A stretch of 64,000 nt of DNA from contig CAZTSX010000002.1 of NCBI GenBank assembly GCA_964616825.1, positions 79,811 to 143,810 of the forward strand. Direction: 5' to 3'. Below, piece after piece: positions 36,171-45,662 of the stretch (position 1 is the first letter of the stretch; every line of letters begins with the position of its first letter). Below the pieces are notes generated by a model. The model made no database searches, was not told the DNA's origin, and saw only the letters and a list, made by a program, of their open reading frames with translations. A program made the translations under genes and the position numbers. This stretch comes from an uncultured Prolixibacteraceae bacterium. Lineage in GTDB: Bacteria > Bacteroidota > Bacteroidia > Bacteroidales > FEN-979.

Positions 36171-37256
36171 ATGAAAAAGCAACTGGTTGCATTATCAGTC
36201 CTTTTTGGAATATCTCTGATTTCAGTTACCTAATACTCCTGCAGCAACAAGGAACCAGGAGGCGATCCCGAGAATATGACCTGGATCACCTGCACGGGCA
36301 CCAACCTGGATACCACGACTTATTATGTTTCTCTCAGCGGGAATGACGGGAATAGTGGCCTGAGTCCGGCCACTGCATTCAAAACTCTCGCAAGGGCTTT
36401 TACCGTCATCAGACCAGGCGGAACGATACGCATTCTTCCCGGAACATATAATACCGGGATTGCTTTACAATTATGTGGCGATCTGGCCGCTCCTATTACC
36501 GTAGAAGGATACCAGGGGGTACCGGTACTCGATGGACAGAACGTTAGCGCAATCGGGATTTTCTGTGAAGGATGTAAGAATATGATTTTCAGGAACATGA
36601 AAATCCAGTATTATACTGACATCGGGATTGGTGTCGAGAATGGAAATACCTTCATCTTCAGTAACCTGGAAGTTCTGGAAAACGGGCATGCTGTTCAGCT
36701 GACAGACTGGGAGCTGGAAGGCTATGGTATTCATGTCGATTACTCGGAGAATATTGAGATCAGGAACAATACCGTCTACCGGAATGGACCGGAACCACAG
36801 ATTTTTCCCGGTTACTTGATGGGTACAGGGATCAACACGTTCGGAAATACAAATGTGGTGATTGCCGATAATGAATCTTACCGGAATATCGGTGGGGGAA
36901 TCCTCGTTGAAGATAGCTGGAACGTGGTAGTTGAACGAAATAATATTTATGAAAACGATCTGGATGCTACGGTCGATGAGTGGTGGGATGGAGGGATCTG
37001 GCTCGACGGTGGTGGAAATGTAATCCTCAGAGATAACAACATTCATGACAACATGGGGCCCGGAATGGAGGTCAGTAACGAAGATAACCAGTGGATCAGA
37101 GGGTATATCCTGGAAGATAATAAATGCAATAACAACTACTACGGAATCTATATCTGGGGATTTGGAACGACAACCTGGCCCGACACCGCTATTATCCAAA
37201 ACATCAACAACGACTTCACCGGGAACTCAGTACAGGATGTTTGGATCGGGCTGTAA
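36171..37256 (+). pseudogene. right-handed parallel beta-helix (PbH1 repeat) lipoprotein; signal peptide cut off by in-frame TAA
   Basis: ATG 36171 encodes MKKQLVALSVLFGISLISVT, then TAA (36231-36233). The same frame continues YSCSNKEPGGDPENM into the 326-aa beta-helix ORF (36276..37256), which carries repeats IEIRNNTVYRNG, VVIADNESYRN, VVVERNNIYEND, VILRDNNIHDN. Confidence 0.55.
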
Positions 37257-37277
37257 TTTGACATGACCCCTTCCTGA

Positions 37278-37339
37278 CCTCCCCCTGGAGGGGAGGAAAT
37301 TTCGCGAAGCGAGCAAGCCCCCTTCAGGGGATTTAGGGG
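37278..37339. repeat. GC-rich multi-hairpin REP-like element
   Basis: Hairpin CCTCCCC-CTGGA-GGGGAGG (37278-37296), CGCGAAGCG, and the 22-nt core CCCCCTTCAGGGGATTTAGGGG (37318-37339), which is the reverse complement of 59083-59104. Lies between convergent genes. Confidence 0.8.
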
Positions 37340-37341
37340 TA

Positions 37342-37713
37342 TCATCCAGTATTCTGATACGACACCCGGAAGTTGAAATATTTTAACAACACCTGGTCGG
37401 AAAAGAATGTAAAGAGAACCAGCAAACCTATTCCTGTTACCAGTTGCCAGTTGTCGAGCAGAAGTGTGAGAAATGGATTGGATGTATCGCGGGAAGGAAG
37501 AATCAGGATGATCAGGAGGATAACCAGGGTTCCCACAACAATAGCAGTCTTCATGGCAAAAGCCTGAATCACCTCCCTCCACCATAGCCGTTTTTCAACT
37601 TTTTCAAGCAGTGTATCTGTAAAGGTTCGGGAGAGTTCCCACTCAGGCTTCTCTTTCAACGCTTCCTGGATCAATCTGTCCAGCTCGTTCATCTGTTCTT
37701 TTTCGGGTCCCAT
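37342..37713 (-). CDS. small membrane protein, putative anti-sigma partner
   Basis: Lies directly downstream of the ECF sigma gene. Soluble N-terminal helix region followed by two predicted TM helices (TAIVVGTLVILLIILIL, LVTGIGLLVLFTFF). Confidence 0.55.
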   Translation of the reverse strand: MGPEKEQMNELDRLIQEALKEKPEWELSRTFTDTLLEKVEKRLWWREVIQAFAMKTAIVVGTLVILLIILILPSRDTSNPFLTLLLDNWQLVTGIGLLVLFTFFSDQVLLKYFNFRVSYQNTG

Positions 37714-37730
37714 ACTGTAAATTTACTAAG

Positions 37731-38309
37731 TTATTTGGTTACCGGCAACTCAGGTTGCATATCAGGAACCAATTTAATGATGCGTTCCCGAATGGTCTGA
37801 CGGCCTCTGTTCAGGTAACTTTTAATCGTTCCATCCGGCATTCCTGTGATCTCCTCAATCTCTTTGTATGAGAGTTCCTCCAGGTAGAAGAGTGTAATTA
37901 CCGTCCGGTACTGAACAGGTAACGACTCAATGATCTGGTGAACAATCTTCTTCATGTTATTTTTATCAAAAGCCGTATCAGCAGAATCCTCTGATAGCAT
38001 GCCTGCTGTCACCGGCGTATAATCCTCTACCGGTACCACTAAATTCTTCCCCTTTTTACGGAGATAAGTGATGCTAATGTTGTAGGCGATGGCTCCGATC
38101 CATGTGGAGAGTTTCGACTCCCCGCGAAACTTTCCGATATCCTTGAACACACGCAAAAACACCTCCTGGCATAAATCTTCTACATCTTCCTGCTGACTGA
38201 CCATCCTGAGTACCATATGCCAAACCAGGTTCTTATATTTTTCGATTAAAAACCGGTTTGCATGTTTGCTCCCTGCTTGTACCTGCGCAATCAGTGTTGC
38301 ATCATCCAT
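37731..38309 (-). CDS. ECF-type RNA polymerase sigma-70 factor
   Basis: Region 2 (DVEDLCQEVFLRVFKDIGKFRGESKLSTWI) and region 4 (LSYKEIEEITGMPDGTIKSYLNRGRQTIRERI). Confidence 0.88.
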   Translation of the reverse strand: MDDATLIAQVQAGSKHANRFLIEKYKNLVWHMVLRMVSQQEDVEDLCQEVFLRVFKDIGKFRGESKLSTWIGAIAYNISITYLRKKGKNLVVPVEDYTPVTAGMLSEDSADTAFDKNNMKKIVHQIIESLPVQYRTVITLFYLEELSYKEIEEITGMPDGTIKSYLNRGRQTIRERIIKLVPDMQPELPVTK

Positions 38310-38430
38310 TTTTGTATAAGTCGATCAACACCGGAAAATGTTGCAGCAATAAAAAAATGGACTTTTCTGCAACTTTTTCATCTCCGGGTCGACATATTCA
38401 ACAAATTTAACCAAATAAATATAACAAATT

Positions 38431-38805
38431 ATGGAAATTATTGGAACAATTGTTATCGTCGGCACAGTGTTTTTCGGTGTATTCAGTTTAATCAAGGTCT
38501 TTACCGATTATCTGTTGAAAAGAAAGATTGTGAAAGCCGGTCATATAGAAAAGGCTGGCATTCTGGATGCTCCTGCAGCCTCAACGTCAGAGAGCAAAAG
38601 TTATCCCAACCTGAAATGGGGACTGGTCGCACTAATGGCAGGACTTGGATTAATCCTGATCGAGATTTTGGACCGGACCGGTGCTATTACATGGCAAGAT
38701 GGCTCAGACTCTTTCCTCCCTTTCGGGATAGAACTGGTAGCGATCTCACTTGGTTTTCTTATTTACTTCTTCATCGTTAATGCGAAAAACATGAAGAGCA
38801 GGTAA
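38431..38805 (+). CDS. small membrane protein, unknown function
   Basis: 124 aa with three hydrophobic helices (IGTIVIVGTVFFGVFSLI, LVALMAGLGLILIEIL, LVAISLGFLIYFFIV). Preferred over the overlapping 172-aa ORF. Confidence 0.5.
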   Translation: MEIIGTIVIVGTVFFGVFSLIKVFTDYLLKRKIVKAGHIEKAGILDAPAASTSESKSYPNLKWGLVALMAGLGLILIEILDRTGAITWQDGSDSFLPFGIELVAISLGFLIYFFIVNAKNMKSR

Positions 38806-38823
38806 AGAGAAACCAACCTGCTA

Positions 38824-40242
38824 TTATTCAATAATCTTGTTTGCGAGGATTTCTGCTGATGAAGCAAATCCTTCACTAACCGAATACAGATAGTCCCCGA
38901 GTTGATTGGAGACTGTTTTTATGACTTCTTCTGCTTTTTTCAGGATAGCTGGTTGATTTTCAATCTCCTCCACCTCAAACTTCTCTCGTTGGATTATCCA
39001 ATCTTTTATCCACTTGTTCTCTCCCGATCTGATCCGATCACTCAGCGTTTTGTATTTCCAGAAAGATGAATGTTTATGAAATGTCGACGGAGCATTATCA
39101 TACCCTTCCGGGATAGACGAGACTCCAAAATAAACCGGTACATAGGTAGCTGAAAAAGGAGTACTCAATCCTGTCCAGATCACAGCACCATAGGATACCG
39201 GTTTTCCGGGTGCCAGAGTAATCACATCTGTATGAACACAATTCCAGCTGGCAATAGCACGTTCCGGCTTATCTTTATTTTGAGGAAGCAGCGGATCGAA
39301 AGGAGTACCCTGATAATGATCGCGCAGGATGGCAAAGCAGGTTTGCAGATCAATCGGGTTGGCAGGCTTTAAAAATAAGGGAAAGAATTCTGCATTTACT
39401 AGCACTTTCAACTCCGGATTCAGGAGATCAATACCCCGCCAGACTCTCCGGGTATTATAAAGGTTGTTCCCATGTTTCTCCCTCCTCCCGTTTCCAAAGA
39501 TCTTCCCGAAATGAAAATCCCCATCATCCTCTTTCCATAATTTCATCTTCTGACAGAATTTCTTTAAACCTGGTGATGTCATATAGTTCAAGGTATCGTT
39601 AAAATCAATCTTTCCGATCCGGTAGCTGTTAGCCGCAATAAAATAACAGCTATCCGGTACTCTGACTGCAGCCCAGCAACTTCCTCCTCCGGCTTCCAGA
39701 TACCAGATCTCGTTGGTATCGGCTACTCCGACACCACTTGGGTATTGTATTCCATATTGATTGTAGAGTTCTCCGATAAGTTGTATACACTGCCTGGCTG
39801 TGCTGGCATGTTGAAGCGCCATGTAGCGGACGCCACCACCCAATCCTGTGTCAACCATCGGATCAGCAACCCGGGCTTTTTGGTTTCTGTCCTGGCCAAG
39901 GGCAAGTCCACCGGCAATTGCTACGCCATGCTCATTGATCGCTACAGCATCGCCCTCAGCAAAACCTTTATATATCTGTAGGATCAACATCTCATAACCC
40001 CGCTCTTCAGGCCAATTGAATTCGGGAAGCTTTTCCGGTGCCTCATTGCCCGGAACTCTGACCAACATAGATGCTTCTGATCCGGACAAATCATTATTGT
40101 GAGCCAGGTAAACCTGTCCATCAACAGTTGCCCCTCTCCCGGCCATCAGTAAATAGCACTCCTGTAGTTGGGCAGGAGTTGGGATAGGAAAAAGAACCTC
40201 AAGCAGAAAGGTGAGACGAATAAACCAGAAAATCTTGTGCAT
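38824..40242 (-). CDS. Ntn-hydrolase-type cysteine peptidase, C69 dipeptidase-like
   Basis: Signal peptide, then a candidate N-terminal nucleophile in the context QEC-YLLMAGRGATVDGQVYLAHNNDL, resembling the C69 start C-T-x-x-x-x-G-K-x-A-S-x-D-G-S...D. Length 472 aa fits. The family call is tentative. Confidence 0.6.
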   Translation of the reverse strand: MHKIFWFIRLTFLLEVLFPIPTPAQLQECYLLMAGRGATVDGQVYLAHNNDLSGSEASMLVRVPGNEAPEKLPEFNWPEERGYEMLILQIYKGFAEGDAVAINEHGVAIAGGLALGQDRNQKARVADPMVDTGLGGGVRYMALQHASTARQCIQLIGELYNQYGIQYPSGVGVADTNEIWYLEAGGGSCWAAVRVPDSCYFIAANSYRIGKIDFNDTLNYMTSPGLKKFCQKMKLWKEDDGDFHFGKIFGNGRREKHGNNLYNTRRVWRGIDLLNPELKVLVNAEFFPLFLKPANPIDLQTCFAILRDHYQGTPFDPLLPQNKDKPERAIASWNCVHTDVITLAPGKPVSYGAVIWTGLSTPFSATYVPVYFGVSSIPEGYDNAPSTFHKHSSFWKYKTLSDRIRSGENKWIKDWIIQREKFEVEEIENQPAILKKAEEVIKTVSNQLGDYLYSVSEGFASSAEILANKIIE

Positions 40243-40358
40243 GAATTGGATAAAAGGTTTGATAATATGTGTTCCTGACAGATAAAGTTAAAAATATTTT
40301 TAGCTTTATCCCCCCAATCGAAAAAACCAATCTGAATATTCATTAAACAAGCCAAACT

Positions 40359-43160
40359 ATGAAGAAAACTTTTTTCCCTATCCTGGCAATAGCATTGCTG
40401 GTATTACTGGGATGCAAATCACAGAAAGACGACCTGAATATCGTCTATGAAAAATACACCTTGCCCAATGGCCTGGATGTAATCCTGCATGTCGACCGTT
40501 CCGACCCGATTGTAGCCTTAGCGATACGATTCCATGTAGGTTCAAACCGGGAAGTAGAAGGCCGTACGGGTTTCGCCCACCTCTTTGAGCATATGATGTT
40601 TCAGAAGTCTGAGAATGTACCTGAAGACCAGTTTTTCAAGATCATCCAGGATGCCGGAGGAACCCTCAACGGAGGAACCGGAAACGATGCTACCACCTAT
40701 TTTGAGGTGGTACCCAAAAATGCTCTTGAAAAGATCCTCTGGCTCGAATCCGACAGGATGGGATACATGATCAATACAGTGACCGAAAACGCATTCAATA
40801 TTCAGCAGAATGTAGTCCAGAATGAGAAGAGGCAGTATGTTGATAATAGGGCCTACGGTTTCACAAGCTGGGTAATAGCAACCAACCTGTATCCCAAAGG
40901 CCATCCTTACAGCTGGACGGTCATTGGCGAGATGGAAGATCTGACTAACGCCACCGTCGATGATGTCAAGGCATTCCATGGCCAGTGGTATGTGCCAAAC
41001 AATGCCACGTTGGTGCTGGCCGGAGATTTTGATGTGGAAGAGGCCAAAAAGCTGATCGAAAAATATTTTGGAGAGATCCCCAGAGGTGGAGAGATCACCG
41101 ATCCCGAGCCGATACCTGTCACCCTGGAAGAGACTATCAAAGTCTATCACGAAGACAACTTCGCCAAAGCGCCCCAGTTCAGGATGATCTGGCCAACTGT
41201 GGAAGGCTATAAGGATGATGCATACGCATTGGATTACCTGGCCGAGCTGCTCTCCCAGGGCAAGAAAGCTCCATTGTATGTGGTACTCGAAAAAGAGAAG
41301 AAGCTCTCCTCAAGACAATATGCCTATAACAGTGCTCAGGAGATCGCCGGAGCATTCAATATTGTGGTCACAGCCAACGATGGCGTAGATTTGAAAGAGG
41401 TGGAACAGGCCATTAATGAAGCGTTTGTCATGTTTGAGGAGGAGAGCTTTACAGATGAGGATGTGGAGAGGATCAAAGCCGGTTTGGAGACTAGCTTCTA
41501 CAACAGCATCAGTAGCATCTTATATAAATCGTTTCAATTGGCCTACTATAATGAAGCGGTAAACGATCCATCCTATTACAAAGTGGACCTGGAACGCACC
41601 AAAGCAGTCACAAAAGAGGATATCCTCCGGGTATACAACAAGTACATCAAAGACAAACCCTTCCTGGCAACAAGTTTTGTTCCTAAAGGGCAGCTTGATC
41701 TGATCGCAGAGGAGTCCGTGAAATCGGGTGTGGTTGAAGAGAGTATTACGGAGGCCTCCCAGGTGGAAATAGCTGATGTTGAAGAGGAAGAGATAGTGAA
41801 AACAGAGACCTCCTTCGATCGTTCGGTGATGCCTGCCGATGGGCCTGATCCACTTCTTAATCTTCCTGTTATATGGCAGGCTGGCCTTGGCAACAAACTG
41901 AAGGTATATGGCATTGAGCATAACGAATTGCCCCTGGTACAGCTTAGCATTGTTCTGAATGGGGGCCATTACCTCGATCAACCGGAGAAGTCAGGTGTTG
42001 CTTACCTGGTGGCAGAGTTGATGATGGAAGGTACACAAAAGAGAACGCCACAAGAGTTGGAGGAGGATATTGAGAAACTGGGCGCAAGCATTTATATGAG
42101 CGCTTCCAATACCGCCATCACCATAAGTGCCAATACATTGGTCAGAAATTATGACAGCGTTCTTTTCCTGATACAGGAGATCCTGCTTGAGCCCCGATGG
42201 GATGAAGAGGAGTTTGCGCTTGCCAGGACACGCTTACTCAACTCCCTCAAACGTCAGAAAGCCAATCCGAATACCGTGGTGAGAAATGCATTTAATAAGC
42301 TGACATACGGAGAGGATCATATCTTTTCGATTAACCGAATGGGTACGCTGGAGACCGTTGAGTCGATTACGATCGATGACCTGAAAGATTACTACGAGAG
42401 GAATTTCTCTCCCTCGGAAGCCGGTTTTCTGATCGCAGGAGATATCACGCAAGACCAGGTCATTGAGTCACTTCAATCACTCAATGAGAACTGGAAGTCA
42501 AAAGAGGTAAGATTCCCGGCATATGCACTTCCGGAGGCAATAGATGCATCTAAGGTCTATTTTGTAGATGTGCCCGGAGCGAGGCAATCAGTTATCAACA
42601 TTGGCTACCTGGCACTGGCCCGAACCAATCCCGATTACTACCCTGCCGTAGTGATGAACTATAAGTTGGGTGGTTCTTTTGCCGGTAATGTGAATATGGT
42701 GTTGAGAGAAGAAAAAGGATTTACTTATGGGGCCCGTACACGCTTCAGCGGAACGGAAATTCCAGGCCCGTTTGTTGCTTCAGCAAGTGTTCGCTCATCC
42801 GCAACAGAGGAGTCCGTTTACATATTTAAAGAGCTGATGGAGCAATACCGGAATGGCATAACGGAAGAGGAGTTGTTGTTTACAAAAAATGCCCTGATCA
42901 AAAGCAATGCCAGAGCGTTTGAAACCCTCAGAGCCCTGATTGGTATGCTTCGCAACATCGCTCAGTACAACCTGCCGGTTGATTATGTGAAGGATCAGGA
43001 AAACATCGTTAAAGAGATGACACGGGAACGTATTAAAGAGCTGGCCGATAAGTATATTGTGCCTGAAAGGATGTTCTATGTGGTGGCCGGTGATGCTAAA
43101 ACACAATTGCAGTCTCTGACAAAAATTGGTTTCGGGAAGCCGAAACTGATTGAGCAATAA
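40359..43160 (+). CDS. M16 family zinc peptidase (insulinase/pitrilysin-like, double-unit)
   Basis: Lipoprotein-like signal LLLGC. Inverted zinc motif HLFEHMMFQKS (HxxEH). 933 aa with two M16 active/inactive domain pairs. Confidence 0.9.
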   Translation: MKKTFFPILAIALLVLLGCKSQKDDLNIVYEKYTLPNGLDVILHVDRSDPIVALAIRFHVGSNREVEGRTGFAHLFEHMMFQKSENVPEDQFFKIIQDAGGTLNGGTGNDATTYFEVVPKNALEKILWLESDRMGYMINTVTENAFNIQQNVVQNEKRQYVDNRAYGFTSWVIATNLYPKGHPYSWTVIGEMEDLTNATVDDVKAFHGQWYVPNNATLVLAGDFDVEEAKKLIEKYFGEIPRGGEITDPEPIPVTLEETIKVYHEDNFAKAPQFRMIWPTVEGYKDDAYALDYLAELLSQGKKAPLYVVLEKEKKLSSRQYAYNSAQEIAGAFNIVVTANDGVDLKEVEQAINEAFVMFEEESFTDEDVERIKAGLETSFYNSISSILYKSFQLAYYNEAVNDPSYYKVDLERTKAVTKEDILRVYNKYIKDKPFLATSFVPKGQLDLIAEESVKSGVVEESITEASQVEIADVEEEEIVKTETSFDRSVMPADGPDPLLNLPVIWQAGLGNKLKVYGIEHNELPLVQLSIVLNGGHYLDQPEKSGVAYLVAELMMEGTQKRTPQELEEDIEKLGASIYMSASNTAITISANTLVRNYDSVLFLIQEILLEPRWDEEEFALARTRLLNSLKRQKANPNTVVRNAFNKLTYGEDHIFSINRMGTLETVESITIDDLKDYYERNFSPSEAGFLIAGDITQDQVIESLQSLNENWKSKEVRFPAYALPEAIDASKVYFVDVPGARQSVINIGYLALARTNPDYYPAVVMNYKLGGSFAGNVNMVLREEKGFTYGARTRFSGTEIPGPFVASASVRSSATEESVYIFKELMEQYRNGITEEELLFTKNALIKSNARAFETLRALIGMLRNIAQYNLPVDYVKDQENIVKEMTRERIKELADKYIVPERMFYVVAGDAKTQLQSLTKIGFGKPKLIEQ

Positions 43161-43168
43161 TCATCGTA

Positions 43169-43670
43169 ACAGTCATGATGTAACAATCGAAACAATCGAG
43201 ACAATCGTAACACCAAAATATCCGATTGGGCTATTTTTTTTCTTTTGATCTCTTTATCAGACCGAAAATCATCTGTCGGATCCTTATCATTTTGTCATTG
43301 GTTTCTTTGATTGTAGATATGTACGATAACCTAATTGCTATTTCAAGCTGAGTTTCAATTTCAGACAAGGACCCCAAAGAGATATAGAGAAATTGAACAA
43401 ACTCTTTATTATACTGTCTTGATGCGCCTTCGGCGATGTTTGAAGGGATCGAAACAGCTGCTCTACGCAATTGTTGGGATAATCCATACCGTTCTGAGAT
43501 GGGAAATTTTACTGTAATTTTGTAAATATCTTCAACCAGATCCATTGAGGTTTTCCAAACATCTAACCCTTTATGCATTCTCCTGTTTTCCATAGTTATT
43601 TCTTCATTAATCCGGAAAACCTCCAAAAGGTTATATCTTAGTTAACTTTTTTTTCGATTGTCATGACTGT
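43169..43670. mobile_element. imperfect-IR-bounded four-helix-bundle gene cassette
   Basis: Left ACAGTCATGA-tgtaa-CAATCG (43169-43189) against the reverse complement of the right CGATTGTCATGACTGT (43655-43670), giving 10+6 matching nt. Left flank also has 9-mers AACAATCGA x2 and GACAATCGT. Interior line counted at 38% GC against 47% in a flanking line. Confidence 0.4.
43231..43593 (-). CDS. four-helix-bundle protein (23S rRNA intervening-sequence protein / Avd-like family)
   Basis: LDVWKTSMDLVEDIYKITVKFPISERYGLSQQLRRAAVSIPSNIAEGASRQYNKEFVQFLYISLGSLSEIETQL is the hallmark pattern of this family. Start set at ATG 43593. Confidence 0.85.
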   Translation of the reverse strand: MENRRMHKGLDVWKTSMDLVEDIYKITVKFPISERYGLSQQLRRAAVSIPSNIAEGASRQYNKEFVQFLYISLGSLSEIETQLEIAIRLSYISTIKETNDKMIRIRQMIFGLIKRSKEKK

Positions 43671-43678
43671 CTCGACCA

Positions 43679-45574
43679 TCACGATAGCTCTCCCCGGATC
43701 TGCTCGAGTGCAGTTTCAGTTCCGAGTGCAATTACCAGGTCCCCCAGTCGAAGATGTGTGTCGCTATGGGGGACATGGAGCTCATCTTTGCGTTTGACCA
43801 GCATCAGGGCGCCATCTTTATGTAACGGGATATCTTTCACCTGGAGTCCGTCAACCGCTTCATTCAGGATGACAACCTCTTCCACGCTGAAACTTTCAAA
43901 GGTCTCCACCAGAGTATGATAGGTGGTTGGGCGCAGGATCAGGTTTTCGATCGTAGTCACAATGGTCCGATGCAAGTCGATGGTCTCAATGCCAATGCGG
44001 TTGTAAGTCTGCTCAAGTGTTTGGGAAGGTGCAACAGCAATGACCTGGTCGTGGTGAAACTGTTGGCGAAGAAGTTCGCAGATCCGGACATTTTCATCAG
44101 GAGATTCAGTCAGCACGACTACATAGTTGCCCGGCTTAAGGTTCAGATTGTTATATGTTTCCGGTTCTTTTCCGTCGGCGTGAATTGCATACATCCCTTT
44201 CTCTTCAATCTCCCTGAAACGTGAGAGGTTTTTCTCCACAATCACGGTGTGACGACCATGCAGTTTAAATCGTCGTGCCAGCAGGACAGCAGTGCTGCTT
44301 CCTCCTATGATAATCAACTTTTCCTCTGGCAGTAATGCTTTCGGACTGGTTTGGTTGTAAAGGATAGGAGAGAGGATACATGTGATGATAGCCATCAGGA
44401 TAACGGCTGCATTGATCTCCGGAGAAATAAGCTCCATCTGAAGGCCGATGGCAGAAGCTGCAATGATCAGGCTCAGTCGGGAAGAGATCAGGAAACCACC
44501 AGCAATAGCTCTCCTGAAGCCGAACAGTCGACTCCAGATCAACGAGGGAAGTACTTTAACCGCATATAATGTTACCAGAAAGAGGCCCAGAAATAGAAAC
44601 AGGGAACTCTCCAGGTTTGCCAGCACTGTGGGATCAAACCTGACCCCTACCATGATAAAAAATACAGGGATAAAGAAACCATATCCCATCCCATCCAGTT
44701 TCAACAGCAATAAGGAACGAGCTTTATGAGTATATGATGAGAGAAGCAATCCTCCCAGAAACGCGCCCAGCAACATCACTTCCCGACCAAAAAATTGAGA
44801 TAGTACAATGAAAATCAGCAGAATAAGAAGTGTTCCTCTCACCTTGATCTGTGAGACGGCTTCCGAAAGCTGAAAGGTCAGGCGCTTGATCAGAGGGATC
44901 TTTTTGATCAGGATGCCTGTGGAGTAAAAAATGAAAAAGAGCAGGAAGATCCCCAGGATCAACAAGATCTCAGGCTGGAATCCGTTTTTCAGTACAAATG
45001 CTGAAAAGGAAAAGAGGATGATACTTAGGATATCGGCAACCACAGCGGCCAGAATGATCATCTGCCCGTACCGGCTGGTGATCTCTCCCCGCTCTTTGAG
45101 TACCGGAACGATGATCCCGACCGATGTGGTGATCATGATCAGGGCAAAATAAAATGTGTTCTCCATGGGGATGAAGTCACTCAGGATGATAGCACTTCCA
45201 TAGGAGAGTCCAACTGTAATCAGGAAGATGGAAAATCCGACCAGCAGTGGGTTGCTTAAGTAACGGGAAACCGTCAGTCTTCGTCGTGGGAGGGAAGCGA
45301 TGACCTGGTCGACATCGATCTCCAGACCGCTCAGAAACATCAGGAACATAAATCCGGTAAAAGCCAGAAAGTCGAGGATCATCATGCTCTCCGGAGAAGA
45401 ATAACCGATTAGAAGCTTACCAAAAGCAAACCCGATAATGATCTCCATGATCACTGTCGGGACTTTTCGCATCCGCAGAACCGACATCAACAACGGCGTC
45501 ATCCAGGCAATAGCAACTATCACCAATAATGGGAGGTAGTCAAAGTAGCTGAATATCGCTAAAAAAAAGGTCAT
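43679..45574 (-). CDS. CPA2-family cation:proton antiporter with C-terminal RCK (TrkA-N/TrkA-C) domains
   Basis: About 12 TM helices, then a Rossmann-like LIIIGGSSTAVLLARRF and a TrkA-C-like tail. Start set at ATG 45574 (MTFFLAIFSY), although the ORF extends to TTG 45583. Confidence 0.85.
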   Translation of the reverse strand: MTFFLAIFSYFDYLPLLVIVAIAWMTPLLMSVLRMRKVPTVIMEIIIGFAFGKLLIGYSSPESMMILDFLAFTGFMFLMFLSGLEIDVDQVIASLPRRRLTVSRYLSNPLLVGFSIFLITVGLSYGSAIILSDFIPMENTFYFALIMITTSVGIIVPVLKERGEITSRYGQMIILAAVVADILSIILFSFSAFVLKNGFQPEILLILGIFLLFFIFYSTGILIKKIPLIKRLTFQLSEAVSQIKVRGTLLILLIFIVLSQFFGREVMLLGAFLGGLLLSSYTHKARSLLLLKLDGMGYGFFIPVFFIMVGVRFDPTVLANLESSLFLFLGLFLVTLYAVKVLPSLIWSRLFGFRRAIAGGFLISSRLSLIIAASAIGLQMELISPEINAAVILMAIITCILSPILYNQTSPKALLPEEKLIIIGGSSTAVLLARRFKLHGRHTVIVEKNLSRFREIEEKGMYAIHADGKEPETYNNLNLKPGNYVVVLTESPDENVRICELLRQQFHHDQVIAVAPSQTLEQTYNRIGIETIDLHRTIVTTIENLILRPTTYHTLVETFESFSVEEVVILNEAVDGLQVKDIPLHKDGALMLVKRKDELHVPHSDTHLRLGDLVIALGTETALEQIRGELS

Positions 45575-45577
45575 AAG

Positions 45578-45662
45578 GTTCAAAGTTCAAGTCTCAAGAC
45601 AACTTATCCAATATCTAACATCCAACATCTAATTATCAAGTCATCGAGCAACGAGCATCTAA
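45578..45662 (+). repeat. heptamer array with unit drift (about 12 units)
   Basis: GTTCAAA GTTCAAG TCTCAAG ... ATCCAAT ATCTAAC ATCCAAC ATCTAAT TATCAAG TCATCGAG CAACGAG CATCTAA. Fills the whole gap between two minus-strand genes. Confidence 0.85.

Noticed and set aside
36231-36233. In-frame TAA considered as evidence for an alternative genetic code or stop-codon reassignment.
   Set aside because: TAA, TAG and TGA all terminate well-supported genes in this window at the expected positions (for example TAA at 7625-7627, 12087-12089 and 43158-43160). It is treated as a local nonsense mutation or error.
36164-36346. 60-aa ORF MNYEKATGCIISPFWN... upstream of the beta-helix gene.
   Set aside because: It is off frame relative to the convincing signal-peptide reading (ATG 36171) and has no sensible features.
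38340-38378. Hairpin GTTGCAG-N20-CTGCAAC followed by TTTTT in the divergent promoter region, considered as a terminator or attenuator.
   Set aside because: The 20-nt loop and 7-bp stem are weak, no upstream gene ends here, and I found no leader-peptide or riboswitch-like features.
38262-38780. 172-aa ORF overlapping the 124-aa membrane protein gene and the sigma-factor start.
   Set aside because: It begins inside the divergent sigma gene and reads an Arg/Cys/Trp-rich sequence without hydrophobic organisation. The alternative frame (38431..38805) gives clean TM helices and starts after the intergenic promoter region.
43231-43593. Avd-like four-helix-bundle gene considered as part of a diversity-generating retroelement.
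   Set aside because: There is no reverse transcriptase ORF and no template/variable repeat pair anywhere in the 64 kb. It is treated as a stand-alone IVS-type protein.
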